A stretch of DNA of 64,000 nt from Octopus vulgaris. Lineage: Eukaryota. The notes beneath the pieces are model-generated. The model saw nothing but the letters and a program-made list of their open reading frames with translations. It did not search any database and was not told the DNA's origin. A program made the position numbers and the translations under genes. The stretch covers positions 19,096,001 through 19,160,000 of the forward strand of contig OX597825.1 in assembly GCA_951406725.2 (NCBI GenBank), read 5' to 3'. Positions 13,798 to 27,030 of the stretch are shown piece after piece; positions within the stretch are counted from its first letter, which is position 1; every line of letters begins with the position of its first letter.

Positions 13798-13895
13798 GAG
13801 TAAATTCAATTAACAATACAAAAACCAACCGACAATAAAGGAGGGTAAGTTTTAGCAAACAGTATATGCGTATCAACTTAAAGAAAGAAAAAAGA

Positions 13896-13930
13896 ATCTT
13901 ACGTTTCGGGTATTAGTCACTCATCAAGGG
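13896..13930 (-). ncRNA. Degenerate minimal hammerhead motif
   Basis: TTGATGA-gtgactaataccc-GAAA-CG-TA-aga; stems imperfect. Confidence 0.4.
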
Positions 13931-15299
13931 ATAGAGAGAAGCAGATGAGTGTGGTGGGTGAAAGAAAAGGAAACGAGCAACATTTCAAGTTCAAGGGGGT
14001 AACGCGGTTGTATGGGGGTTTATATGCACGTATAAGAGTGTTTCCTTGTTTAGGGATGTATGCTTAATAATGCGTCTAATCTAGTAAATTGGGAATCTTT
14101 CAGTTCGAGAACGGAAATGTTTCGAAATGTATACATCATGTAATAACCACAAACACTATTAAGCATACATTAGCATTTAGCCCACTCAACAACCCACACG
14201 TATTTGGTGACAAACAGTCATCACATGTCCATAAGTTTGGGTATTAATCTTAATCAAATACCATTTTATACACATCCACCTGGTACTTATTTGCATTTAA
14301 CATAGTCTTTTCTTATAGGAATTCAGACAATGCCAACACTATGTATCAATCAACTATGTTCAATTCAGTTTAAGAAAGAAACAGTTAATAGCTCGGATCT
14401 AATGCTGAGAATATTTTTCAGCGTATATATTTTGTGATAGTATGAACTGACCTCCACAATCTCACACTTCTTTCTCAACCTGAATGTTTAAAACTTCCTG
14501 CATAATGAAACAAAAACAAAAACAACAACAATACTTATGAGAAAAAAACACTAAATGAAGTGAGATTGAAGCAAAACTTCAAATAGAAGCACCTATGCTA
14601 CTTTAGATCACCTCTCTATCACAGTATCCTGCTCATTTTAATGTACAATATAAGAAAACTATTTTAGTTGTTTTCAGCAATTCTCAGAGGTTTCTATCTG
14701 CTATCTGACTAACCTTTGACGTATTTTCTCAATCATTCTTCTCCTCTTTTGACTAATGTTTTTCTATCTATGCTGCTTTTGTTTTTATCATGTCTCTCTG
14801 ATTCTTTTTTTTAGTTTATTATTTGTTTTGTTCCCTTCTATTTTTCGTTTGTTGTTTTTCCGCTAATTTTGTTTGAATATCTTTTATCAGGTGAAAATAT
14901 TCCCTTTTTAGCCAAAAAAGATATCGATTCCTTTCATTTCATCATTATTTTAGATCCAATGGAATCGGGGCATAATATTGGTCGGCGTATTTTTAGAATT
15001 AATGAAAGGAAAGAAAAAAAAAACTTTGAAAAGATGAGTCTTTCAGGGAAAGGATAATATAATAAAGACATCACTGCAATCATAATAAAAAAAATGTGTT
15101 ACTTTATAACTCATAATTATTTATCCAGATCAAAATATTTTGGTATTTTATTTCTCTCGATTGGTTAAAATTAGTTATTAATGTTGAAAAATGTTTAATG
15201 TTAATATTACTGGGAGTAAAGTTTAAGCAATTAATACTACATAATAGAATGTTTGTGTAACACGGATTCAAAGAGCAGTCTTCGAGTTCCTTTAAGATT

Positions 15300-15915
15300 A
15301 TATTAACTGGCTTTTGTACATAGCTGTTACCATAACAGCCTTATAGAATGACGGAATGTGACATACGCTATCTTCAAAGAAATTTTAACCAACCATCCAT
15401 ATACATAAAAATTCTGTGATATTAACAGAATTTTCGTTATAATTAAAACTCGCTACACATCATCCTAATTATTAAAAAAATTACTCTAACAGAAACTCTA
15501 TTAAATACAAGAAAGAAATAACCCTAACAGCAAAACCTAAAAAGGAAAACGTATCAACTGGTTCAACATTACTTTTAGTGTAATCATGTTAAAATCCTTG
15601 CCGCGTTTATGGTTTCACGTTATCATAGCAACAATACACACGGGGACAAACCAAATCAATAATTTTAGTTGAATAGCAGCAACGACAAGTCCTGTAAACT
15701 CAGCTATAATTGCTTAACAAAGGCTCTCATGTAACGAGCAGCCGAGAGCTGAGATATGACCCGACCCGACAATAACATAACTACATCGAGGTCTGTCAAA
15801 ATATTTTCAAGACTATACTCACTCAGTTGTACATAACAGGCTCTTAAAATGGACATCAATAACAGCACAAAAATCATCTAAGTATTGATCGGAAGAATAA
15901 TATGCCATCTCTACT
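15300..15915 (+). pseudogene. Penelope-like element ORF relic (RT C-terminus/GIY-YIG region)
   Basis: Frameshifted motifs NWFN..FS, KLSYNC and LKW..I...ICHL resemble PLE WFNPPFS, KLSYSC and KW.I..CNLC. Confidence 0.45.
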
Positions 15916-15934
15916 AGGTGAAGAAATATTGCTT

Positions 15935-16138
15935 TCAAATTTTGCACAAAGGCAGAAATTTTGTGAGAGTGGGTAAGTAGATTACATCAACCCCAGTGCT
16001 CAGCTAGTACTTATTTTATCGACCCCGAAAAGATGAAAGGCAAATTGAATCTCGGCAGAATATGAACTCAGAACGTAGAGACAAAATGCCAGTAGGCATT
16101 TTGCCCGGCGTGCTAACGATTCTGCCATCTTGCCGCTT
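15935..16138 (-). mobile_element. SINE family A
   Basis: Reverse complement of family A head and core. Confidence 0.85.
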
Positions 16139-16323
16139 TACTAAGCTAAGAAATATAACATCAGATGTTGGTCAAATGTTCGTGACGCTGAAAACAACGA
16201 CAAGAGTTAGTGCCGATAGATAAACGGAAACAAGCAGCTTCTAAAGCATTTGCCCCAATAATAAAATTTGAAATACCCAGAGATTAAGTAAAAATTATTA
16301 TAGTAAATTATACCACGCCTTTG

Positions 16324-16878
16324 TGGAGGTGTGTGGTGTAGTGTTTAGGGTGTCAGCCTCATGATCGTAAGATTTTGGTTTCGATTCCTGGACCGGGCGA
16401 CGCGTTGTGTTCTTGAGCAAAACACTTCATTTCACGTTGCTCCAGTCCACTCAGCTGGCAAAAATGAGTAACGCTGCAATGGACTGGCGTCCCGTCCAAC
16501 TGGGGAAAACATACGAGCCCATGAGCCTGGCTAGGCTTTAAAAGGGCGAATTTATTTATGTGGAGGCGCAATGGCCCAGTGGTTAGGGCAGCGGACACGC
16601 GGTCGGAGGATCACGGTTTCGATTCGCAGACCGGATGTTGTGTGTGTTTATTGAGCAAAAACACCTAAAGCTCCACGAAGCTCCAGCAGGGGGTGGTGGC
16701 GACCCCTGTTGTACTCTTTCGCCCCAACTTTCTCTCACTCTTTCTTCCTGTTTCTTGAGTAACGCTGCGATGGACTGATGTCGCGTCCAGCTGGGTGGAA
16801 CACATGCGCCACAGAAACCGGGAAACCGGGCCCATGAACCTGGCTAGGCTTGAAAAGGGCACATAAATAAATAAATGA
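16324..16878 (+). mobile_element. Two head-to-tail family C tRNA-derived SINEs (16324-16556, 16561-16878)
   Basis: ggaggcgcaatggcccagtggttagggcagcggac..ggtttcgattc head; shared tail cctggctaggcttNaaaagggc; (TAAA)n end. Confidence 0.92.
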
Positions 16879-17680
16879 ATAAGACGCCTTTACATGGAGT
16901 GACATATCTACTCATCAGACCTACTATCTACGTGATGCTAAATTTCCGACAGTAAAACATTAAAATCGCATAAATTAAAAATAATAAAAATTGTCGCAAA
17001 CAAGTCAACGAAGTTGGTAGGTGAATGGGATTCTATGATCGGTTGAACGGAATGCGAACCATCTTCAAAAATGGGAAAGAAATGGAAACTCGGAGTAGTT
17101 ATGCAACTTATTTGGTATTTTATTAAATAAAGAAATACTCTATATTATATTGAGTACTTTTCCTACCACATTTTAAAGTCCAACGTCCCAAAATTCCTAC
17201 ACACTGACACTCACATACTAATAATAAATACAAATTGATGCACACATACTTATAAATATACACGCTAACACACACACACATACTCACACACCTATGAACA
17301 CGCTCACACATACAGACACACACACACCCACGTATGAATATAAGAGGTCCTTTGAATTGTCAAATGACCAGTAACCGCGAAAAAAAAGGTGAATCCCCTC
17401 CTATGTGTGTATATTACATGTAGAGATGATCTCCCTCTGATCACAACGTTTCTAACCTTCCTCTACCCAATAAATTAAGGGATAAGATCATAGCAATACA
17501 TACACGAGTTCGAAGCTACACTTGATTCTCTCGTGTGAAAATCCACTTCAAAAGAGGATCAAAGAGAGACCTCAACAGAAATGATGAATAGGAAAGTATT
17601 TCATTTCAATTTCACCTTTGTATTCTTGTTCTGTTTAATCATATCAGACAGATACAAAATATATTACCCCCCTCAGCAAA

Positions 17681-17682
<2 letters not shown>

Positions 17683-17728
<46 letters not shown>

Positions 17729-17729
17729 T

Positions 17730-17794
<65 letters not shown>

Positions 17795-17842
17795 ATACTA
17801 CTACTGCTACTACTACTACTACTACCACTACCACTACTACTA

Positions 17843-17914
<72 letters not shown>

Positions 17915-17929
17915 ATAGTAATAATAATA

Positions 17930-17965
<36 letters not shown>

Positions 17966-18000
17966 TTAGCGTCATCATCATCATCATCATTTTTATTATT
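17683..18000. repeat. Compound (ATT)n(ACT)n(AAT)n microsatellite
   Basis: Direct observation. Confidence 0.95.
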
Positions 18001-18864
18001 ATAAATTTAACGTATTTTGATTTATTTGCTATTCACACTTGTGATAAAACTCATTTGTTTTCTCTCTTTCAATGGCGTTGTTTTTGCTATTTACGTTGCT
18101 GATGTATTTGCTATTTACGTTGTTACGAATTTTCTTTCAATTTCTTTTCTTTCTTTACTATTTTCTTTAATTTTTCGTCATCTCGCACCCATTCTTTATA
18201 CTCCTCCCACCTTAAATGCCTTTTTGCAAAAAACATAAATCATTGTTTTCGCCAGTAAAAATGAATCATCTGGTCTCGCTCTTGATGTTAGCAAAAATTA
18301 TCGCAAATTTCATAAAACAAAAGACATTAATCAAAATGTATATGAGACGGGGACAGCACTGGAGAGTTTTAGTTCCAAAGAATGTGTTTTACATCATGAC
18401 TTCAAGAAAGGACTTCTTGTGATTTCATTCATTGCTTTAACCATCTATTGTTTCACGATTCCAGTAGCGTAATTTTCGTTCGTGTCTCCAACGCTGGGAT
18501 TTCGCTTAGAGCTTTAACTTTGTTATATTTCACAATTCCGATACCATATATCTTTTTTTTCATAGTTCCAAGTATTTGGTTTTGTTTATGGCTATAACCA
18601 TATATTATTTCACGATTCCATTATTTTGTTTCGTACTTTTTTTTGTATGAAGTCCCAAAATACAACAAGCGTAAAAAGATGAATAACAACTATAGATTAA
18701 AACATAGTTTGAAAGTGTGTGAGTGCGCATGTGTGAATGTGTATGAGTGTGTGTTTGCTCATACGTGTGTGTGTGTGGGGGGTTTGCATGTCTGTGTGGC
18801 TTTGTGTGTGTGTGTTTGTTTGTGTATGTGTTTATGCGTGTATGTGTGTGCGTGCGTACGTGCA

Positions 18865-19230
18865 TGCTTGCTTGCATTGCTTAGAGGTCCCTTGGTTCGG
18901 GGGTCGAATACGTCCCTTCAAAGCGGTGTTAAATGTAGTTGGTAAACACGCTGATGATGTGAGCGGAGCCCAAAACTCCAGCAGTTGAATTTCCCCCGGG
19001 TCCGACAAAGAACTGATTGTGGTGGTGAGGTTGATCCAACAACCACAGCACGCCTTTTTCGGCGCTCATCGAACCGTTGACGACGCCCTTTCTGGACGGT
19101 TTTGCAAGCTTTGATAGCAGCTGGCGTGTACACGTAACATTACAGGAGATGAGTTCTGAAGTTTCAAGATTTCTGTTTCGAAAATGTACACGCTTTTTAA
19201 CATCTAGCATCTTCACAGTAAATTGGTTAT
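18865..19230 (-). mobile_element. RTE-clade LINE 3' fragment
   Basis: QRFDERRKRR...LCRTRGKFNCWSFGLRSHHQRV resembles the C-terminal CxxC..GLxSH zinc finger; short 3' UTR and caag-type tail. Confidence 0.65.
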
Positions 19231-19399
19231 TACGACTTCAGTATGCAACGTAGCTTTAGATCTTCCATTAGATCTATTACATGTTGCATCATATGTGCTA
19301 AATGCAGTGATCTAAATGGAGAACATCCATTGTCACTGAATTATTTACGCTATTTTTCCTACTGCAGCATTTCACGCAACAAGGTACCTACGTTGACAA

Positions 19400-19600
19400 A
19401 AAGAGCAAACGAGCTAGCTTATAGATTGACAGGCGGATTCATATACGGACACAAGACTACTTAGCAAAAATACATTACATAATATAATCTAAGGACCACT
19501 CTAACAGAAGAAATGCAACATGATATCTACTGGAAGGTCGATAGCTATTGTCAATGACAAACTGGGATTAAGCGACGGCAAAATAAGCATAATTGCTTTA
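19400..19600 (+). pseudogene. Possible PLE GIY-YIG relic
   Basis: Traces T.L.KYI..L.E...HDIYWK...C...G.KR. Confidence 0.3.
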
Positions 19601-19879
19601 ATAAACATACAAACATCTCAAAATATGGAAATAAAAGATTAATTTTCAATTTTACTTCAGAGGAGGGCTTTATTTGAAATATCAGAAAATCGATATTGCT
19701 AAACATTTTTTTTCTGTGTACAATGAACAGGGATCAAGTAAGGGCATGCAAATTACGTTTACATATACATGGAGATTGCGCCATTTTCAAAGATTGTCAC
19801 TGTTGCGTATATATCTGACATGCCATATAGAACCTGTCACATGGCTATTCAGTACTGCTGTAGATGTACATAGTTGGGA

Positions 19880-20094
19880 AGGCGGGAAGCTGGGAGAATC
19901 GTTAGCACGCCGGGCGAAATGCTTAGCGGTATTTCGTCTGCCGTTACGTTCTGAGTTCAAATTCTGCCGAGGTCGACTTTGCTTTTCATCCTTTCGGGGT
20001 CGATAAATTAAGTACCTGTTGCGAACTGGAGTCAATCTAATCGGCTGTCCCCCCTCCCTAAAATTTCAGGCCTTGTGCCTAGGGTAGGAAAGAT
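19880..20094 (+). mobile_element. SINE family A, alternative 3' tail
   Basis: Family A head and core, then ccctcccTaaaatttcaggccttgtgcct tail. Confidence 0.9.
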
Positions 20095-20327
20095 ATGCCT
20101 AGTTATAATCATTGGTCACAGACGAAAGTTGTAACTTCCACTGCCCTGATCGAATCACTGTGAACCATGATAAGGTTTCATACCGAACATATACCGAGTC
20201 GCAAGATCTATCAGGAAGAATGTTGCATACAATGAATCTTTCATGGAAATTCAGATGGTTGAAACACCAGCATTAGAAATGAGAAGACGACTAACAATTT
20301 CTTCTGATCTAATACTACAAAAGTCAA

Positions 20328-20378
<51 letters not shown>

Positions 20379-20586
20379 GAGAGAGAGACTATGGAAATAT
20401 TCTAAACAAACATTTAATTTAATTTCTCCACAATTTAATTGTCTTTCTTGCTTTACCACAGGTTGAAAAAGTCGAAAAGACTGAATCCGTTAGTAAAATG
20501 TTCTTCGTGATATGATCATTTTAGCATTTTACCGTGTCTTATTTTCCTTATACATATCAACTCGTGTGTTACTTTTCAAGCTTCTA

Positions 20587-20656
<70 letters not shown>

Positions 20657-20704
20657 AAGATGTATATTTTTTAAAATGTCTATTTGATGAGTACTGTTAT
20701 TTAT

Positions 20705-20795
20705 ATTCTCGCTGAAGAGATTGATGCATAGTTGACAATTATCCATCCTGTCGGACGTATTTTAGATGTATCTATCGAAACATGTGTAGGAGATA
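20705..20795 (+). ncRNA. Type I hammerhead ribozyme
   Basis: tctcg-CTGAAGA-GATtGATGCAT..ATGTATCtATC-GAAA-CATGTG-TA-ggaga; predicted cut after GUA at 20788. Confidence 0.75.
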
Positions 20796-21026
20796 TGAAA
20801 TATAAATGATTTAATAACATCTTGAGCGTTTGTCTCCTTTCTCTATTTTTCCTATTTCTCTCTTGAATACATCTTGGCTGTCCCCGGATCAAATCCCCAC
20901 ACAAGTCTGTTTATTGTTTCCTAGGAAACTCAAGCAACATTTAGCTACCTTGTAATTATTCTCTCGGATACTTCCTATATATTGTACACTCATATGTATA
21001 TATCACGTCAATATATACATGCCTGT

Positions 21027-21065
<39 letters not shown>

Positions 21066-21261
21066 CCTCTCTGTTTCCTCGTGAAAAAAACTTCCTCACC
21101 TGCTTGTTGTTTATACACCTGTCTTCGACTTTTGTTTCTCTGGGAAGGTGAGAAAGCCTGATTCAAGTCTTGAATTTAGCCTATTCGTGTTAGCGGATGC
21201 GTTAAGTATTATTTAGATTTTGTTTGTATAATATATTCATACGCAAATATCTTGTTTGTGC

Positions 21262-21318
<57 letters not shown>

Positions 21319-21708
21319 CAAGTGTGAACATTTATACTTGGTACCTTGCTTCATGCATTTTGTTACGTTGTTTAGTATTACCGTTAAAACAACATTACTG
21401 TTGGTTTTGTTAAAAATGGCTGTATATTACGTTAGAATGCACTTACTTCAATGTTGTTCTTCATGTTTTTTGCACATGTGATTAATATGAACGATTTGCC
21501 TATGTGTGTATATGTATGTATATTTGTATATTTTATTTGTATATATGTATATATACATATATGTATGTATATATATATGTGTGTGTGTGTGTGTATGTAT
21601 TTTGAGTATCTGCTTTACCATTTATTTTTTTTATTCTTATTGGATAGTATCGGAAGCATGTTTTCTTTATATATCAATATTATTATTATAACTTTATAGT
21701 TATGTATA

Positions 21709-21840
21709 TCCTCTGACGAGGCCTTTGGTTATATAAACAGACAAACATAATCTTTAATGCCTAAGACTATACTACAATGGCATATATGAGCAATTTAAGT
21801 TGGATTGCCTCTTGACCATAGGGTGAAACAGCTGTAAGGA
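21709..21840 (+). ncRNA. Type I hammerhead ribozyme with long stem II insertion
   Basis: tcct-CTGACGA-ggcctttggtta..(about 80 nt)..tgaccatagggt-GAAA-CAGCTG-TA-agga; predicted cut after 21836. Confidence 0.78.
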
Positions 21841-22178
21841 ACAGTTTATTTCTATTATTTTTATTTTATTATTAATTTGCATATTGATGTATATTGTTTT
21901 GTTCGATTTTCATGTTCCTATTTGTATAATTAATAAATAATATGAAATTGTAATATCCGTAATTTGATGATCGAAATGAATTTGTTCCTCCATTTTCTTA
22001 TTTGTATTATGAATTTACGGTAAAATATTTTATACTTTCACCCATCCAATATAATAAATGAATTAATTGCATTGCAATTATAATCATTTATGTATTTAGT
22101 ATTTGGGTACTTCACCAGCAGTATATTGGATAACTGATATCCCATAGTGGGTTAACCTCATAACCCCTATCTTACTTT

Positions 22179-22214
<36 letters not shown>

Positions 22215-22229
22215 TATTTGTCTATGCAA

Positions 22230-22299
<70 letters not shown>

Positions 22300-22339
22300 G
22301 TATATATATGTATATATGTATGTATGTATATATTTATGT

Positions 22340-22555
22340 GTGTGTTTGTGTCTGTGTTTGTCCCACCGCTATCGCTTGAGAAGCGATGATGGTGAGATTA
22401 CGTCTCCGTCACTTAGGGGTTCAGCAAAAAGTTTATGATGGAATAAATACTAGGCTTTCAAAGAATAAGTCCTGGGATCGATTTGTTCGGCTAAAGGCGG
22501 TGCTCCAGCATGGCTTCAGAGAAATGACTGAAACAAGTAAAAGATTAAAAGAATA
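22340..22555 (+). mobile_element. SINE family B, 3' half
   Basis: aagaataagtcctggg..aaggcggtgctccagcatggc..tgactgaaacaagtaaaaga. Confidence 0.85.
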
Positions 22556-22569
22556 CAAACATATATAAG

Positions 22570-22717
22570 ACAGGCTTCTTTCAGTTATCGTCAACCAAAT
22601 CTACTCACAGTGTTTTGTTCGAGCGAGGGCATTGTTGAAGAAACCAGTCTAAGCTACAACGCAGTGGGACTGAACCCAGAACCATGTGGTTAGGAAGCAA
22701 GCTTCTTATCACACAGC
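22570..22717 (-). mobile_element. SINE family B, 5' half
   Basis: gcagtgggactgaacccagaaccatgtggtt. Confidence 0.8.
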
Positions 22718-23048
22718 CGAATATACTTATACACACATATATCTATATATCGTATATGTAGTCTAAGTACATAGATCTTTAAAAATTGAGTAAGAAAATA
22801 GAAAGGAGGTGAGGAAGAAATGCAATATTGTCTACAAGATTTGAAAGCCGCTATAGCAGTGCTAACCATTATAAGCAACACCAGAACTTTTAGAACATAA
22901 GACAGACTACTTAAACTTAAAATTTAAGACATCTATCGACATATACGTATACATGTATGTATGTGTTATACATATGTATATATGTAGAGAGAGAGAGAGA
23001 AGAGATACATACATACAATCATATACACACACGCACATATATATACAG

Positions 23049-23089
<41 letters not shown>

Positions 23090-23545
23090 TACACATATGC
23101 CACATATACACATAAGTACAATCACACACACATACATATATTGATACAAAAATATATAAAGTGAGGAGAGCAGAGAGGCAGATAGAGGCAGAAGGAGAGA
23201 GCGTAAGAGTGAGAGAGAGTGATTGTTATCCACATGGATTGCGTATACAGTTGCATACAGTAATAAAAACTCTGAGAATTCCTGTAGGCTTTTAAATCCT
23301 ACGGCTTATCAAATCTCATACTCAACTTTCGAATTTAAAGTTCTGTGAGGGAATTCCATCTGCATTTTCCTTTTTTCTTCACCAGTAGAAATGTAATGTT
23401 TAGTGTTGCATATTGCCTATCATATTCTTTAATTCTGAGCGTATGCATGTCGCAATTTGTGTTCTGAATATTCTAGCTTATCTATATTTCATCGTAACTT
23501 TTCATTCCATGCCCATCAGTAATCCTGGATGATGGTAGTGAAATA

Positions 23546-23779
23546 CATTAATCCCTCGACTATCGCGGGCGTTACGTTCCAAAACAATCCGCGATGGTTG
23601 AAAATACACGAAGTAGAAACAGTACTGCACTGAATATTTTTTATTAGCTTTATCATTTGTATATATCTATTTTATTATAAATGCAAATCAACGTCTCGGA
23701 GGAATCAACGTAAGCTTAAATATTAAACCGTGATAGGTGAACTGCGATAAGTGAACCGTGATATGACGAAGGATTACTG
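23546..23779. mobile_element. Tigger/pogo-type MITE
   Basis: TIRs ta-cattaatccctcg / cgaaggattactg; subterminal gtgaaccgNgata repeats. Confidence 0.75.
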
Positions 23780-24159
23780 CCTATTATCAGTGACTCGAAT
23801 GTTTTATAGTTTAATATCAGCGAAGGGTTGATTCAACGTAATGATTTAAATTGCTGTCCATTAATTTCCTACGTCTTGGATCGAGATATAATTGCTGAGA
23901 ACACTATTTTTAGCGTGTAAATCCTAGCAGAAATCTATATGGTAGGAAAGTTAATTCAAAACTTTGACGTGCGCACAAATGAAATGACGTCGTACGCTCT
24001 TTCTTCCAGTATGGTCCATATTTAATATACTCAACTTTTAATATAGTTAATATAGTGATATTAATCACGTCTTCGTAAGCTCTACCGAAACCGTTTAGTA
24101 ATTATTCATGCATGATTAATATAAAATCTTTTATGGAGAGGTTTTATAATTGTTTTCAC

Positions 24160-24340
24160 GGTGGCGAGCTTGCAGAACCACATGTTGCATAAAATGCATT
24201 TTCCCGACAGTTTTCAGGCTCATTACATTCGGAGGTGAAATGCAACCGAGACCTAGTTTGACCTCTATCCTTTTGTTGTCGATAAAATAAAATACCAGTC
24301 AAACATTCGAGTCGAAGTAATCAATAATATCTCCCTTACT
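24160..24340 (+). mobile_element. SINE family A, diverged
   Basis: ggtggcgagcttgcagaa..gtcgataaaataaaataccag. Confidence 0.65.
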
Positions 24341-24344
24341 AAAA

Positions 24345-24610
24345 CGGTAATCGGTAATAAAATCACAGGAAAAAGTCACAGCGATCAAGTCACAATTTTG
24401 CCTAGGAAAAGTCATATGACAAAAAAGTCACAGGAAAAAAAATCACATTTAGTTTATAGGATCCGGACAAAACCGCACTAGGACAAAACTCCCTGGGAAC
24501 CACCATCCCGCCCGGCAAAATCCACGTGACTTTTATTCCTGTGACTTTATTACCGTGGGTTTTTTTCTTGTGGACTTTTTTATCTGTGACATCTTTTTTA
24601 CCTGGATTCA
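24345..24610. mobile_element. MITE-like element with inverted arrays of aaaagtcacag repeats
   Basis: Left aaaaagtcacagga repeats, right ctgtgacttt repeats, ending ...tacctggattc. Confidence 0.65.
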
Positions 24611-24980
24611 GTAAAACTACTGGCCTTGTGGCAGAATTATTATGGTTATCGATTTTATAATTTGCTTCGTACAAGTAGAAGGGAAGGGAACACGACCGTT
24701 TGCAGAGACTTTGAGATAACAGAGAGAAGAACGAACAAGTTAACTGTAGCCTTTTCCAAATTCTTTACCGGAAAAAAATTAAAATCATTGCTAAAACACC
24801 ATCAGTGTGTCATCGATATCTCAGTTGCTTCACATATTGCCCCCGCTTCTAATAAAAATAGTTGCATGATTAAAAAACCATTTAAACCTACGTATCGCAT
24901 TTAATCATATAATCATATCTCTGTCTATCTATCTCACTCCCTCCCTCTCTTCCTCCTCTCACCCCCTCCTCTCTCTCTCC

Positions 24981-25015
<35 letters not shown>

Positions 25016-25183
25016 CACACACATATATATCAAAGGCAGTGCTCCAGCATGGCCGCAGTCAAATGACTGAAACAAGTAAAAGAATATACACACATATATA
25101 TGTATATACATATATGTATATGTATATATGTATGTATGTATGTATATATATATATATATATATACTTACATATATATATATAT

Positions 25184-25300
<117 letters not shown>

Positions 25301-26795
25301 CGACTTTTGAAAATGCATATGTCACATAAATAGTTTGAATATAGATATATAATCTCAACCATATTTCATTATTGGTATGTAGAATTATAAATATTGCAAA
25401 CCACACACACACAAACACAGACACACACACACATATACACATTACTACACACTCAAATTCTGAGTCTAAATGTGAGTATATATATATATATACATACACA
25501 CACACACATATTCTCACTCTCACTCTCTCTCACTCTCTCACCCTCCCTCATTCACACTCTCTCACCCCCTCTCTCTATTTCACTGCAATGAGAGTGTGTG
25601 TGTGTGTGATACGCGAGTGTACTTGCGTATATGAATAAATGTGCATAATTGAATGCATAACAATTGAATATAAATTAATTGAACTTGCATGCTTTTAAGA
25701 ATATATGTATATAAACGTGTAATTATATTAATATCAAAATAAAAACGTTTATAATTGATGAATGTATTCGTTAGAATTGGAATATTTAAGTGAATAAAAT
25801 GAGCCACTTGATTATATGCATTCCTATATAATGAGAGCCAGTGCTAACTTTCATGGATTCTTCATTAGAAGTTGCATTATTAATAAAGCGTGTATATATC
25901 TTCTATTCAAGCATTACACCAAGTTCTTGTTTTATTGCCGAAATTCTTATCTCCGTTATTACGAATAAGATATATCTTTCAAGATACTACGACTAATATA
26001 CTTGTATCAAGTCAATTAATACAGTTTATATAGTTGTTAATTGTATCAATAAATAAATGCTTTATTGATATATACATTATGCAGCTTTGACCTGACTTCA
26101 TAACCGGTCACAGATAATTAGAGGCAAATGTAGACTGAACCCTGTTTATGATGAAATTTTTTATTCGTCTGCAGGTGATGGAAAATCCAGTTTCTCAGAG
26201 TTGGTGAACTCACCACCTGTTAGAGCAAACAGCAACAAAAACGACGGCAACTTCAGTAGCCAGAAATAAATAGTGGGGAATGAAGAACTGAAGATGAGAA
26301 ACCTAATGCAGGAGAAGCTAGAAAGTTCTGGAGTACATCGGAGAAGGAGAAAGCTAATGAAGAGGTGGAGTAGATGGAGACGGAGGATGAAGAGGAGAAG
26401 AATGAGGATGAGGTGAAGGATGGGCGTAAGGGGAAGAGGATATCTTTTTACGCCACATGTGTGGAGGATGGGGAGACAATAACCGTGCGGGTTACACTAT
26501 ATGTAGGATTTAATTGAAATCAAATGAACGAAAAGTTGTAGCAAATAAAATAAAATCGAGTTCAAATTTTGGAGGAGGAATGTCACATAATACCAAACAA
26601 ATGGCCTACATTTCTGGGAAATGCCCTCACATTCCGATATTTTACAGTCCACAGACCATTTGTTTATCACTCCATTGCATCTTCCAACATATTCACTGCT
26701 GGGTATGACTTATCCTTCAACCGTAGCTTCGTCTCTAAAGCAGTATTGAAGAATTTGATGAGAGTTTTGCCTTAGTGGAAGGCTTTTTCTATTAA

Positions 26796-26961
26796 TCCTT
26801 TCTGTTGAGCTAAGGTACAAATTTTTTTTCGGACATAGCTAAATCAGAGGAACTATGTTAAGTTTTTTTTCCTGTCAAAAGCAGTGTGGTTTTGTAAGTC
26901 ATTACTAGGTGCACGGCTGAGCTCTGAATCCGTCTTAAAGACAAACGTACCCGTTAGACTT

Positions 26962-27030
<69 letters not shown>

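Noticed and set aside
16561-16635. tRNA gene
   Set aside because: tRNA-like head continues into a SINE body found in many diverged copies
24345-24610. CRISPR-like repeat array
   Set aside because: Short irregular inverted subterminal repeats in eukaryotic DNA; no spacers or cas genes
26174-26510. Acceptor ctgcag| followed by an acidic GA-rich stretch
   Set aside because: Stop codons interrupt the plausible frames; low-complexity purine tract
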